64,000 nt of DNA from Camelus ferus (lineage: Eukaryota), in the NCBI RefSeq assembly GCF_009834535.1, contig NC_045697.1:30506001-30570000 (forward strand), given 5' to 3'. The notes beneath the pieces were generated by a model. The model saw only the letters and a list, made by a program, of their open reading frames with translations, made no database searches and was not told the DNA's origin. Positions 14,310 through 28,179 of the stretch are shown piece by piece; within the stretch, counting starts at the first letter, position 1; every line of letters begins with the position of its first letter. The position numbers were made by a program, and so were the translations under genes.

Positions 14310-14910
14310 TCACCTTTTAATTTGAAAAGCTTCATCTACTGAAAAGTTCAAGAGTGATGCAGTGAGTTGCCACTTACCTTCGCCTGGGTCAGTGTGTTGT
14401 TACTGTTTTCCCACATTTGCTATGTCTATGCATAGCTATGTGATATATGATACGTAATATATTTTATTTGAGAGTAAATTGCAGAGATCACAAATGGTGA
14501 CAGTGAATATTTCCTAAAGAACATTAAGTGCATCAAATCATGAACTTGTCAAATCTAGGGAATTTCACATTGATCCAAGGCTATTTATTATCTGTTATTA
14601 CAGTCCAGATTCAGATTTTGCCAATTGTCCTGAAAGTCTCTTTTCTAGCAATTGTGTTTTCCACTCCCGGGTCACACATTATATTTAGGTGTCATGTTTT
14701 GTAGCCTCTTTTAACCTGCAACATTCCTTGGACTTTCTTTGTATTTCCTGACATTGACATTTTGGAAGAGTACTGGACCCTCATTGTGTAAAATGTGCCC
14801 CGATTTGGGTTTGTGTGAGTGTTTTTTTATGATCTGTTCCATTTTTTCAGGAATACCACTGAAAAGGTGCTGTGTTCTTGCCAGTGCCTCATCACAGGGG
14901 ATATGCAATG
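14310..14910 (-). mobile_element. Old L1 (L1MC/MD-like) 3' UTR
   Basis: ttttaatttgaaaagcttcatctactgaaaagttcaag...cctgacattgacattttggaagagtactgg. Confidence 0.7.
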
Positions 14911-16589
14911 TCAGTTTGAGAATTTTCATCAGCATTAAAATATAATTTCAATAGTTTTACTTCTTATTTGTTAAAATGAAGACTCTGGAGTATTTCTTAG
15001 TTGGAAAAATCTCCTTGAGAATCTTGGTATATGAAACATTAGGGCCATAAGACTTGCCACTGTTTCTTGGAAAAATGGTTGTAGATTCATCATTCTAGGC
15101 TTTATCACTAGAAATAATGCTGATGGGTTTGAATGTTTAAATATCTTAGGGACTTCGCTCAGATGCCTTGTTATCAGGAGAATTCAATTGTGTTGGAAGT
15201 CTGAGAGGATGCTAATTAATCACCCTTCCCCTTCTATGGGTTCTTAACGCAAGGACCAAAATGCTGACCAGCTTTATTACTAGTAAAGCCAATGGATGTG
15301 GGCAGGCCTCCACCTCCCTCCCCAAAGCAGAAGCTTTGGTACTATCCCAGTCCTGACATGGTCACGCTCAGCCCATGCTGGGAAGGTTGAGAAGCGGCCG
15401 GGCCTGCCAGATGCAGGCTCGATTCATCTGCTTCCTGGTTGGGAGAGGAAGCCGCTCTCCATCTTGTTGCACACGCAGATCTGAGAGGACAAGCACAGGC
15501 GAGAAGGGTGGGCCAAAGCTGGCCCCCACTCCGGGGATGGCCTGGCTCCTGGAAAAGGTGGCCCATGACTGTCCTGAGGAGCCAGTGACAGAGGAGAGAA
15601 GGTGCGGGTGTGCTCCCCAGCGCCCCTTCAAGGACCTGAGATGAAGACTTGTCTATGGTTTAGGGTGAGAACACCGGGGTGGAAGGAAAAGTGTTCTTAG
15701 AACGTTGCCCACATTTACTTCTCGGGTTGCACCAGGTGGGATGGAAAATATGAAGTGAAGTCACCTCTTTCTAACTGATGCCGTAATTACCAGGATGTCC
15801 ACTGTCCTCTTCAACTTTGGAAAACCCACTGAAGAGAGAGAGATTAGTCAGCTTTGCCACCATAGTTAGACCATTACTAAGATGGTCTCTCCTGAACTGT
15901 TTTTCTTTTCCTTAAACAGACAACATGTTTACATGGTTAAAAGTTTTAAAGTTACAAAATTTACAAAAATACTTTTTCACCTTTTCCCTCTACTGTCCAC
16001 TGTCTTCCCCAGGGCACCAGAGTTATCTGTTTCTTGCCCTGTACTGTTTTAAAAATCTATTCTCAAGTGTCTGTCATCCATCTTTCAGACAAGTCATCAT
16101 CACGTGAAGCTTCCTCACCAATTCTGTCCTTCCCATCCATCTTGGTCCCAATCTTTTGACGTTAAAGCCAGGTCCTGGAACAGGGTCAGTACAAGATGGG
16201 GGGAGATTCCAGGCATATGTGTATGCATATTTGTGTGCCTGCATTTTGAAGTCAGTTATAAATGATTTAAGAATTGCTCATTTAGTTAATAAATCAATCA
16301 CATATTTATTATTAACCTGTCCAGTGCCACAGATGACACAAAGAAGTACAAAGAATGGCCCCCTGAGTTCAGAAAACTTTAGTGTTTGGTTGGGGAGGCA
16401 AAATTAATAAAGCCATTTGAAAGCAACGTCTAAGCTATGTGTCCTCAGTCGCGGGTACTGGGGTCGTCCAGAGAGGAGAAGATTAGTGTGAATTGCGGAG
16501 AGCTTCATGGAGTTGGTAGGATTTAAACTGGGCTTTGAAGGACAAAGGATGCTCCGTGGGTGCCGGGAAGGAGGGCGTGATAGCACAGC

Positions 16590-17000
16590 TATTTACAGGC
16601 CTCCCTGCTGTTCCTCCAACACCCCAGCCTCCTTCCTGACTTACTGTTCCCTCTGCCTGGAACATTATCTCCTGATCTGCTCAGCTATTTCCTCACCTCC
16701 AAGTCCTTGCTCTGATGTCACCTGCCCAATGAAACCTACGCTGACCGCCCCATTTAAAATCAGAATCCACCTCCATGCTCTGAATGCCCCCATTATGCTC
16801 TAGTTTTTCTGTAGCTCTTCCTAGTTTCTAAGACATTGTATCATCTGATCTTAAAAATCATGTTTATTGTTTATTTTCTGTCTGTCCCCCTCTAGGAGGA
16901 GGTTCTGTGGGGGCAGAGATATCTTTGTCTTCTTGTCTGGTATACCCTCAGCACTTGGATGCTGGCCCATGTTAGGTGATCAGTAAATGTTTGTTGAATA
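16590..17000 (+). mobile_element. L2 3' end
   Basis: ggcctccctgctgttcctccaacac...ctgttccctctgcctggaac...gtaaatgtttgttgaat. Confidence 0.75.
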
Positions 17001-17122
17001 CCTGAATACCTTTCCCTTTCCTCCAGACAGAAATTGAGGAGAGAGAGGGTCCACGGAAAAAAAAAATTAATCATGTCACCCCTGTGAGCTCAATACTTTG
17101 CATTTCTAAGGGAACATCTATT

Positions 17123-17384
17123 AAAAACATGTGGCTCAAAGTGGGAGTTCAGGATTAGCAGATGCACACTACTATACATAAAACAGATAAACGACAAGGC
17201 CCTATTGTATAGCACAGGGGACTATATTCAATACCTTGTAATAGCTTATGATGAAAGAGAATATGAAAAGGAATATATATATACACATAACTGAATCATT
17301 GTGCTGTATACCAGAAATTAACACAAAATTGTAAACCGACTACACTTCAATAAAAAATTTCTTAAAAAAATATATGGCTCAGAG
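17123..17384 (+). mobile_element. 5'-truncated young L1 3' end with TSD
   Basis: gggagttcaggattagcagatgcacactactatacataaaacagataaac...cttcaataaaaa; TSD aaaaacatgtggctcaaag (17123-17141) / aaaaatatatggctcagag (17366-17384) at a TT/AAAA site. Confidence 0.9.
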
Positions 17385-17599
17385 CTGGGCCTCTTTTTTA
17401 TTTTCTGTGGGTCCAAAGATACACAGTTTGGAAATGGAAAATGAAGGAAAGAAACTAAACATTGTTCCACATATTAATGTGGCACATGGACTCTGTTAAG
17501 AGAGCGGCACCTTGAAATTTCTGAGCAGTGGGAAAATGATTTCTCTTCATCTGTCCAAGTTTAGGTGGTGATGAGGGACTACATCCCTTCCCTCGGTCA

Positions 17600-18350
17600 G
17601 GCCTGCCCAGCCTGTATTAAAGCCCTTTCTCTATCCTGATGACGCCCACAGTCATATCTCTGAGCCTGATGACATCTCCATTTGCATGCCTCGTCTAAGC
17701 TGTCCCCACTCCCAGGCCCCCAGTCTTCACTGTCTCTGTAAGTGGCACCATCATGTACGCAGCAGCTCAAGTCCCAGACCTCCCAGTCATCCTTGGTTCC
17801 TCTTTTTTTCCTCATTCCTCATATCTCATCACTGGTAAGTCCTGCGAGTTTTTCCTCCAAAATGTATTCTGTCCCGACGCTGTTCACTGTCCATCTCCAC
17901 CACCATCACCCTACTCCAGGTCACCATCACGTCCCCTCTGGACTGCTGCCAGACTCCAGCTGATCGTCCCTCTGCCTCCCTCATCCCCAAGAATCTATTC
18001 TCACACATCAGCCAGAGGGGATTCTTTCAAAGACATAAATCTGATCATGCTACCCTCCTGCTCAAACCCCTTTAATGTCTTTCTTGTGAAATCTCAACTG
18101 CTCACCACGACCAGGGCTGCACCTGGTCTGGCTGTTACCTGCTTCTCATCTCATCAAGGCTCACAAGCCTCTTCCTTCACTACAGTAACCTCTTTTTCCT
18201 TCTTTAAATATTCGGAGCATATTTCCTGCTTCAGGTCTTTTGCGCTTGCTTTTCCCTTTGTCTGGGAGGCTCTGCCCCAGATCATTGTGGGGCTCCCTTC
18301 ACTAGTCAGGTTACTAGTGTAAGAGCCCTTCCTGACCACACTGTATAATT
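17600..18350 (+). mobile_element. L2 fragment
   Basis: gtggcaccatcatgtacgcagcagctcaagtcccagacct...ttctcacacatcagccagaggggattctttcaaagacataaatctgatcatgc. Confidence 0.75.
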
Positions 18351-18414
18351 CCTGCCCCAAGGGCAATTGTCTAGGTTTTATAAGCAGTATCTGGGATCAT
18401 TGCAGTTATTTCCC

Positions 18415-18885
18415 TGCATCAGTGAGGTCCCAGCAGAAAACTTCCCACTCAGATGAAATAGTGGAAGGGAAATTAATAAAGGGATCCTTTACAAAGATTT
18501 CAGGGGGTAAAAGGAAACCAGCAAGCGATGGTGGTGCTCCTTGTAGCAACAGCAGGGAGCTGTTACCATCTCTAGCCCTGAATGGGGCGGCGGCAGGGAG
18601 CAGCTACTTGAAGCTGGAGAGGTTAACAATAGTTTATAGGAGAGGCCATCTGTCAGGACTGTGGCCCAACAGGGAGGCTGTCCGGGGGAGTAGACATTCA
18701 GACCTCACTCTGCTGCTTCCACCCAGTCTCCTGCTGGGGTCCTCATCGGCCAAACCTAACCAGAAACCAAAGGGAAAGGCTGCCAGTTGATGCAATCCAT
18801 AAAGGTCAATCTCCACGATACAGAGTAGGCTTGCAAATAGAGGAGAGAGGATCTGGCAGGGCAAACAGGAGACAGCCAGTATCCA
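18415..18885 (-). mobile_element. ERVL solo LTR (LTR33/LTR41-like)
   Basis: Minus-strand start actggctgtctcctgtttgccctgccagatcctctctcc; internal gggagctgttaccatctctagccctgaa. Confidence 0.65.
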
Positions 18886-21800
18886 GTACGTGCCTTTGCT
18901 AGAATGTAAGTGTCATGAGAGGGCAGCTGTCCCCAAAGTCCAGGAGAGTTCCTGCCACTATAAGTGCCCAGTAAATATTTATAGAATGAATGAACAGATA
19001 AATGAATGAGAATTTTTTGTCTTTGGGGCATGCCTGTGTAGCCCAAGAATTATTAGCTGTAAAATTGGGGGAATAAATAGATGTGCCTCAGTTCACACTG
19101 ATGGGGAAGGAGATTATGAATGGACAGCCCACTTTGGCACATTTGTGTCCTCTGGATTCTGGGTGGTGCTGGGCAGATGGAAGCCTGCCTCTTCCAGCCC
19201 TCCTGCTGAAGCCCCGGTCAAAGTGTTGCTGTGCACTTAACTCCTCAGACTTGGAGAGATATACCTTGGATCAGGGTGTGGGAGGGGATTGGTTTGGGAT
19301 TCAGGCCAATCTCCAAGAGGAGAGGCTGGGGTTTCCCAGAAGATGGATTGAGATTCTTGATGAGAAAGTACCAGGAGGCGCTTTAATAGGAATGTGGAAA
19401 CTTGAGGGTAGGGGTTCCCTGGGAAGGACTTAACTCACCGTGTTACCCTCTGCATGTGGCACCTGAAACCCCTTAGCTGCCTTTTATGCAGTACTTCTTG
19501 CTTGAAGTCAGAAGAGAAAGTATCAATATTAAAACCATTTTTCTTAAGGAAGACATGTCAAGGATCACTGCATATGTGCTTGTGTGTAGAAATAAGAAAT
19601 GATGTATGCAGATTTGTTATTAGGAATTCACTTCTCTTGATGCCTCTTAATATAACTAGTGAGAGATTTGTTCCTTTGTTTAAAAGCTAATGGGATTTTA
19701 CCTGGCCAAGGTATAATGGAACTTTGTCATGGGATTAGGTCTTGGGGAAAGAAAGGTTCACTGTGTGTCTCTCAATTTTTTGAAGAGGAAAAGGTTGGGG
19801 GCTGGGGACAAAGAAAGAGAGAGAGAGAGACTGGGAAAAGGAGAGGGAATCGTAGACGGAACTGCCTTTTCAGGAAGGGAAGATGGAGTTTAATACTTTC
19901 TTTGTGACATTTCACATATACAATCTTATTTATTCCTCATGACAATCTTATGATGTCAGCAGTATTATTGTTTCTTTTCTATAGATTGGTAAACAGATTA
20001 ACCAAGAGATGAAGTAAATTGTCCAAAGGCACATACTTAGGCAGGGGTGGAAACAGTCCACTGCTTTTAGTCTTGAACCTCTCAAGTCCCTTCTTTTCAC
20101 TGCTTGGGAGAATTAGAATGGACAGTTGCTGGGATATCTGCAACCTTGGCTCTTAGGGCCACCTCCTGTGCTTGCTTCTCAGGTGGTCAGTGCTCGCACC
20201 CAGACTCTTTGTTCTAACCCCCTAACCCAGGGGCTGACAGCTTCTGGTGTGCATTTCACTCGTTCCACTTTGTCCCGAGGTTAGGGTTGAAGGTACTTAG
20301 GGTCTGGTGTAAGGAGCATCTTCAGGACAGTCAGAACTTTCCCCTGTCAAGATGTTTCTTCTTGTCAGGTATTCTAAGAGTCATGAGGCTGAAAGTATCC
20401 AGGATCTGGATTGTCTGTACATCGGTCCGTCCTGTGTCTCAAGAAGAGGTGTTTGTGTGTATAAGGAGGGATGGCAAGAGGAGGGAAACAGATCACCTTT
20501 CCTGCCGCACTAAGAGACGAGAAAATGGGGCTCATCTCTGCTAGAAGTCTGTGGATGCCCAGTAAATGCCGATAATGATGACACCTGGCTTTTCATTTAT
20601 ATGGTCTTTTTTGGTTTCTGCCCTAACCTGAATGTGGTGTCAAGGGAACTATTAGTGGCTGGTATTCAGGGACATGTGACTTGGTATTTATATATTACCT
20701 GCCCACTTCATAAAGTGCTAATGAATGTTTGCAAATCTCTTTGAAATCCTCTGGTGAAAGGTGCAGCATTAAGTGAAAAATATTATTATTATTATTAGCA
20801 GGTAATAGACAGCTTTGAATGATTGGTCATAAGAATAATTGACATAGCATTAGAAGAAGAGCCAGAAATCATCCAGACCGTTTCAGCTCCTCCAGCCCCA
20901 TCAGCCTCCATGTTACATATATTACACTGTTTCCCTGACACCCATCCTAATAACCATATAATTCACACATTAAATCACCACTTCCAGGGAAAGGTTGAGC
21001 TCACTCATAGCTCTATTGATAGTGACACTGAGAGGGAATTAAGTGTTGAAAGGTCTGAAATGGAGAAGTACTTCTTAGATGGGGAGGCAAGATCTAGCCA
21101 CTGAGTGGTCACCACATTTAAGAGGATACGAGAATGGAATGAGTCAGAAACACCATGGAAATGGAGGGGAAACTTTAAAATAGACGTGAGATTGGAAAGC
21201 CATGAAAACAAAAAAAATCTAAAGGGAGATAGCCAGTTCACAGCAATATTCTTTACTGTTTGCCCTCTCTGGTTTGAAAAATAGTGGCAGCACAAACTGA
21301 CTTTGGTTCCCTAATTTTTTTAATTTGGAGTTATTTAGAATTTCTGTCTTCTGCATAAAATTCAGTCTCAGTCAGGGTTGGCAGGTTGGGTTCAACTTAC
21401 TCGCTAACTCTAGTTGGCTGGCAACGGCTGCCTGAAGTACAGTGTTGAGAAGAATGATGAAGGTGCATTCATACTCAGCCAGAAAGAGTGCTGTGATCCA
21501 TTAGCAATGTCTGCCCTGGGAAAGGGAGGGGGAGGAGTGGCACATATGTGGGCTAGGCCTGACCAGGTGTAAGGATGGCTGAAAAGGATGGCTTGGGCTT
21601 AGTTCAAGGTTGCTTATATTCTGACTTATAATCAAACCTATTAAAGAGCAATCTAAAGGCTTTACTCTTGGCCAGGGTGAGAGGAAATGGCTTCTTTCTG
21701 GCTCTCCTGTTTTTCTCATAGAGGACCACTTCAGTCTGGTGGCCTTGGCATCCTGTGTGGAGATGACCCCAGGTCACTCCGAGAACAAAGAACTGTGGGC

Positions 21801-22249
21801 CTGTTGCCTTTTATGCCCAGAAACAACTTATGCTACCTCCTAGGGCTGTAATCCTGCCACTCAGCAAGCCTTGCCTCCCAGGTCTGGGTTTTGGGGCCTG
21901 GGCCGTAGGGTCTGGGCATTTCCCACTTACGTCCACTACCTGTGAGGGGTGGAGCATATCCTGACCATGCTCCCCTACAATGCACCACTGAGTGTCTCTG
22001 TCACAGAGTGGCTTCCAGAGTGGCGTCTGGGAGATTCCTGAGCCTCCTTTGGACGATGAGCTGCTTCTTGAAGTCTTTTTATTTATCTTGAAGGGGCTTA
22101 TATTTCAAACAATTTTGTTTTTAGAAGTTTAGAATTCTCTGGTTTCCATTTGGTTTAGAAGAATAGGTTGCTGCAACACTGCTTCATCAGTAGAGAAAGG
22201 AGCAGGGGGAGCAGGAGGTTTTTTGGCATCATTTGCTCAATAACTTTTA

Positions 22250-22460
22250 TAATAGTAACAGCTAACATTTATTGAGCACCTTCTGTGTACAAAGCATATT
22301 TGTTCTAAATATTTGCTTTCATCACCTCATTTAATCCCCTTAATGGCTGGACTGTTCACTTTACAGATAGGAGCACTGAGGCTCAGACTTCCTCAAGCTG
22401 CATAAGTGGGAAGTTAGGGTTGGTTTTGAACCCAGGTCCGATCAACTGTTACTCCCTTCA
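22250..22460 (-). mobile_element. MIR SINE
   Basis: aatagtaacagctaacatttattgagcacc...ttacagataggagcactgaggctcag...tttgaacccagg. Confidence 0.8.
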
Positions 22461-24189
22461 CTGCATCTTTCCCTGTGTGCTGACCTGAATCCTTGTGGCA
22501 GCAGATAATGCCACCTCCTTTCACCCTTCCTGGTGGTTATTAAACAATCTCCACAGAGAACTAAAATAAAATATTTTGGTTGTCTGTTCTCTTCCTTTTA
22601 AAACTTCAGTCTCACACGTAACCTTTGGATAATGTGACTACTGCAAATGTCACATTTACAGCTCTTCCCAAAGGACTTCGGTTTAAAATTGTGGATAACA
22701 TTTCCCTCTGTTTTCCATTATTTGGCTTAGAACAAATCATAACTAGACAGAAAAGAAAATTGGTTACATCTAACGTCAGTGAACTTTTGCTTGATGCCAG
22801 GTATCTCTTTTATTTAAGTTAATATATACAAGCAATATAGATGTCCATTCTCTTCCTGCTTTAGGTGATGTATTGCCACTTAAACTAGCATATAGTTCCA
22901 TATCCTCTTATTTACATCTTCGATTGTCAACCAACTTTGTTGCTTTAGTGGGCAGACTCTGGGTTTTGGGGTTTGACAGCTTAAAAAGCACTTTTATATC
23001 TTTACTTTCCAAGGCAAAGCTGTTACATCTCTACTGCACTGACTATGGGACATGCCGTTAAAAATCACTTGTCACAGAGGAGCCCAAATCTCAGACTAGA
23101 GTTGCTAATTTATCAAGATTCTAATGAGGATCATGGAATTAACTTCAGTGATTTCAAATGTGGGTTATGGATGCCTCTTGGTTAGGTTAAAAATGGTTGA
23201 AATTTGATAGCATGAAAAGTCATTGGTTTACTGAAAATTGGCTTTTACTTGGATTCTGTCAGGTTCCTGTGGGCAAATTCCACCAGAAAATCATTAGCAT
23301 GTTTACATGAATAATTTCAAACTGCTGGCAGGTAGAGTGGAGATCTCAATCCCAGATTTTTTTTTAAGTGGAACTTAAAATGTATATCCAGATATTCTTC
23401 TTTTCTTCTGTCCCATCCTGATGCCTGTCCCATTTGTCTCTACCAGACAGACAGAAGGAAGAGAAACAAAGCAGGGGAAAAGAAAACCTTGCCAGGCTGC
23501 AAAGAAGTTGCAATTCACAATGCAGAGAATATAGTTGGAAAAGTTCTTTGGCTTCACTGTTGTTCCTGAAATGTGTGTAGCATCAAATAATTTAGAGCAG
23601 GAAGTGATCTTAGAATTCTGGAAAGATTCAAGGTGATTGGACAGTTCGGAGATTAAACCTCCAATGCTGGACTGCTCACTTCAGGTGAGGTTCGAGGAGT
23701 GACTTAAGTCCCTGCCCAAAGCTTGAACAGTCTCCTTTGGGCTCCTTGTAGATAGGGACCAGGTCCTAATCCTCTGCATCTACAGTGAACCATGTCCTAC
23801 GATAGTACCTACTAAATACCTGTTGGATGATTGAACTGTTGGCTCCTAACATCACCGAAAGATGAGCCTCTCTGTTCCCACACAGCTGTGGTGCCCATGG
23901 ATTCAATGATATCAGTTCAGTTATTCAGTTCTCTCTAAACTTGGCTCTCTGGATGCTCTCAACTGTGTATGTGGAGCATCCTTTTCCTGTTCAGTAGTGT
24001 CTCTCCTGGGACTTCTCAGCCTGATTCCATAATTTATCAGTCACTTTTGATTACTAGAGCAGTTCCTATTGTATTATTCAAAACTCAAGGCTCTTCATTT
24101 AAAAAAATCCACTCTTGCATGTGATTCAGATCTTATGCCCTCCCTTCTCTCCAGTGTGGCCTTGAGCCCTGGCTGGGGGCTTGGAATGT

Positions 24190-24330
24190 AGGTAAGGATG
24201 TATGTGTGTAATTGTGTGCTCGAGTGTGTAAAACTGTGTGAGTGTGTATAAGTGTGTGTGTGTGTAGAGGTGTGAGTGTGTATGGGTGTGGTAAGCATGT
24301 GTAACTGTGTGTTGGGGTGTGTGTGTGTTT
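24190..24330. repeat. Degenerate (TG)n low-complexity tract
   Basis: Interrupted tgtgtg runs. Confidence 0.85.
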
Positions 24331-25939
24331 ATGGAGAGGAGCTGGTCTTGCTCTTGGCCATCTCCTCCTCCTTCTAAGAACGCACCGCTCCAAGATGCTC
24401 AGGGCAAAGAGGGGAAAAGGGCAAACACCTCCCTGCCCGCCTGGGCAAGTTCCACCCTCCCCTTGGTTGGCCGTGAGTGTTCTTCTTGCTCGGTATCCGT
24501 GTAGGAGTGGTATGGATGGGGGTCACTTGTCCTTGTCCACTGGCCAAGCAGTTCCCTAAGCATTAGCAAATCCTTTTGAGATACAGCTGCATCTTACCGC
24601 AGACCCCTGGATGGTGACATTCCATGGCATTTCTCTGATGTATGCACCTCGCTGTCCTTCATGCTGTGACAGTTGCCAGTCTCTGCTACCACAGCTGACT
24701 CTTCAGCAGTGGAAGATCTGCCTCCCATACCTCCTCCCCCAGGAGCTCAAAGGGGTGGTCCTGGCTTCCTCCCCCTGGTAGTCTCATGCCTGTCTTTCCA
24801 TGTTGCACTTCTGTAATTTTCCTTTTTCACAGTCACAAGCACTGGGGACAAATCACAAGTCTCCTAGCTAAGCAGTCATCTAATGGAAATGAAAGGCTGG
24901 TCTCCTCTCCCTTCAGGAACCGTTTTCTCAACCAGTGAGTCTCTTGAGGTCCCTATTAGGACGAGTGGAGGGAACAATCTCAAACATTTCCCTCCCCTTG
25001 ATGCCACCTCCTCACTCCTCAGATCCTCCGTTTATATTGACTAGGGTGCTGTGATGGGAGGCAGTTGGTGGTAGAGCCAGTCCACAGACACTTCTTGGAA
25101 ATTCTTGTAAGCCCCGGAGGGAGGAGACAGACGTAAGACAAAGACAGGAGCAGGTTGTGTCCTTAGCCACCCATGCGAGGAAAACCAGCCTGAAAAAGTG
25201 AAAAAAGGAAATGGGGAAAAGTAAGGATTATTACAAGCCATGTTCTACTTCCCTTGTGCCTGAAAAGTTCCGTATGAGCTGAGTGTGGAGAAGCACTGGT
25301 GGCGAAGGAAGCACGGGGCCCAGATGACCCGGCTGTTACAGGACAGTCCTGTGCTGTTTTCTCCCAAACAGCCCAACTGTCATGGAAATTCTAGCATCTC
25401 AGCAAATAGCAATTAAATGAAGTTGGTCGATGAATCAACAAGTATTTATGTCTTCCATATGCCACGTGCTGGGAATACAGAGGAAAACAAGACAGCGGTG
25501 GTCTCTGTATTTTAGATTTAAGGATGCCATCAGCTCTTCTTTCCTTCCCTCTCAGTCCTATATCAACAGAGCTTAGACCTGAGGACTCGATTAGGATTTA
25601 AATACAGTATCAGGACATGTAAAATAAATGACAGGAAAGGTGGTTCAATGAATCTCACTAATTAGGTGAGTGACTCATTCTTCCCATCTACCTACTGGGG
25701 GATGGTCGAGAAACTAAGTCAAAGAGCTCTCCAGTTCGCTCCCTCCTGGAGTGTAGCGGGCATGACTACTCCTCTCTAAGAAAACATGAAAAATACGTGA
25801 GAATATCTACTCACCACTAACGTTAGGTTTCTAGCCTCCTCAGTTACGTGGAGAGGGAACACTAGCAAGAGGAGCAGGTGGGAAGTGGGAGGAGGCAGAG
25901 AGACAGATAACTTCCATGTCGGGTGAGCTAAGGTTTGCT

Positions 25940-26320
25940 CTTGGAATAAATTAATTACAGCATCACAGGGACCTACCCCAACAGAGTTTTAGTTCTTGCT
26001 CACACAGTGTCTGTCATGCACTTGGCAGTCCTCTGAGCAGCAACCCTCCAGGCTGTGAAGGAAAGCCGGTCACTTTTATCTCGGGGCTCTGTGGCCTCCC
26101 CACGACTTCCAGATTTCCAGGTGACTTCTGGAATGCCACGGCAGCGGACTCACTGCCTCAGCCTGGAAGTGACACATTCATTTGTGTTCACTCTTTCTGG
26201 TCCACTGCACAGAGCTGGTCACATGACTTTCCCTAACTGTGAAGAGGGCTGTGAGGCATTGTCTTCTGTGTGCCCAGGAACGAGGACAGCTAGACATCCG
26301 TGGACGTTAAGAAGGCCCAT
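25940..26320 (-). mobile_element. MaLR LTR (MLT1J/K-like)
   Basis: agttcttgctcacacag...ggaagtgacacattcatt...gctggtcacatgactttccctaactgtgaagaggg. Confidence 0.6.
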
Positions 26321-27174
26321 CACGCAGTTGATGCACTTGAGGTACCCCTGAAACATCCAAGTCAGAAACATCCAAGTCAGAAATATCCTATAAGCAGTTG
26401 GACACACGGGTCTGGAACTCTGAGTCTCAGACTTGACTGTGCAGAAGAATCTTCTGAAGGAGCTTGTTAAAAATGCAGACTCCTGGGTCCTGCCTCCAGA
26501 GGTTCTGCTGTGGTGGGTCTGGAGTTAGGCTCTGTGCTGACTGCAATTTGATAAACACTAGTCTAGAGCTTTAAACGTTCAGCAACACAGGGGTGGTACT
26601 CGGCTGCCACTGGGGAGATGAGTTCACCTTCAGAAAGAATAGAGGAGGGTGAGATGAGAAAAAGCTCCAGCCTAAAACCCCAGGAAATTCCGAGGGGAGA
26701 GACTGTTTCAGGAGGGTGGGGAGTTGGGAGCAGACTTTTACAGAAAATGCTGCTGAGAGGTCGTGTGGGATGAGGACTGGGAAGATTCATTGTGTGTAGC
26801 AGCAAGGAGGCTATCGATAGTCTTAGCAAGACCTGGAGGCTGACACCAAGTCTGTGTTCTCTGAGGGGTGGGTGGGAACAGAGAAACACTGTGGACCCTT
26901 TTTTGAGGAAGTTTGGCGGCAAAGAGGAGGAGAGGCTGGTAGCTGAAGTAGCTGAAGTGGGTGGGCAGCATAAGGGAATTAAAAAAATACAGGTGAGGCT
27001 GAACATGACTAAACAGTGACTGGAATAGTGAGGGTTAAGTTAAGTAAGGAGGAGACAAGAGATCGTGGCTAGATTTCCTGGGAAAGTGGGAGGGGATGCG
27101 ATGTCGAGGACGGGTTAGGAAGGATTTGCTCTAGCTTGGCAGAGGAACACTCCTCCAGGAAAAGATGGCTCTAG

Positions 27175-27340
27175 TCTGGTTGTCAACTTTGGGTGTTTCC
27201 TGGAGTCACCTGAGAAGCTCAAAAATATATCCTGTTGCCTTGTCCCAGCCCTGAGGTTCTGTTTAAGTGATCTGCTGTATAGGCTGGGCAGCAGGATTTT
27301 AAACCAGCTCTCCCAGGTGATTCTAACGCGTGACCGAGGC
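27175..27340. mobile_element. MER5-like MITE
   Basis: tggagtcacctgagaagctcaaaaat...gattttaaaccagctctcccaggtgattctaacgcg. Confidence 0.7.
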
Positions 27341-28179
27341 TGCCAAGATCTTCACTGAACAGGCTTGCTTACAGTTCTTGTAGATTCGACAGCACTTCTT
27401 AGAGAAGACTTCCAGGACTCCCATTAAGTTAGGATGCTGGACAGGTGTTCCTACAGCACTGTACTTATTTATTTGCTCCTTTCACTTTAAATTTCTTATT
27501 TAATGCGTGTATTCATCACTAGATTGTAAGCATGTAGCAGCGGCCCCATCTGTCCTGTTGACCTCTGAATCCCCAGCTGGCAGAGAGGGGATATTCCATG
27601 ATGGTTTCTGAGCAAGTGCATCGACCAGACCATACGATGACAGGAGAGGGCACAGGCTGGAGGAACGCCGCAGTGACTCAGGAAGCTGTGCCCCGGCTGG
27701 CACCAGCTGTGTCTGGCCATGGCTGCGTGGGAGTTGCGTGGGTGCCTCTAGGTGTAGAACTCACCCAAACAGCATCAATGTAAGAGCCCATGTAATTGTA
27801 GCTGCCAGGCAGAGTTGACTGCAATACAAGGTGATAATATCGAGCATTTCTTGTATAATCAAGCATAGTTATTTTGTCTGTAGTTTAAAGTTGTTTGAAA
27901 TTCAAGATTACTTAATTATAAAATTCTAGTTTGTTTCCAAAGGAGTACAGGGACTAGGAAAAAAAAAAAGGAGCTGTTTTGTGAGACTTTTCAAAAGAAC
28001 CTAACTCCTTAAGGAAGCATCTCAATCCGCATCTATGTTTTCGTACTTAAATTGGTAAGATAAACTGCTTATAGCAAGACATCTGTTATTTCTTCAGCCT
28101 TCATCCAACTCTGTGCATCCACAGCCTGACCCCTGGCACCTAGTTGCAATGTGTGATGCTGGGTCATAATTATATAAAC

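Noticed and set aside
17753..18322. 189-aa ORF
   Set aside because: Lies wholly in pyrimidine-rich L2-derived sequence.
26350..26388. 15-bp tandem duplication (similar small ones at ~2433 and ~55163)
   Set aside because: Ordinary slippage duplications with no functional indication.
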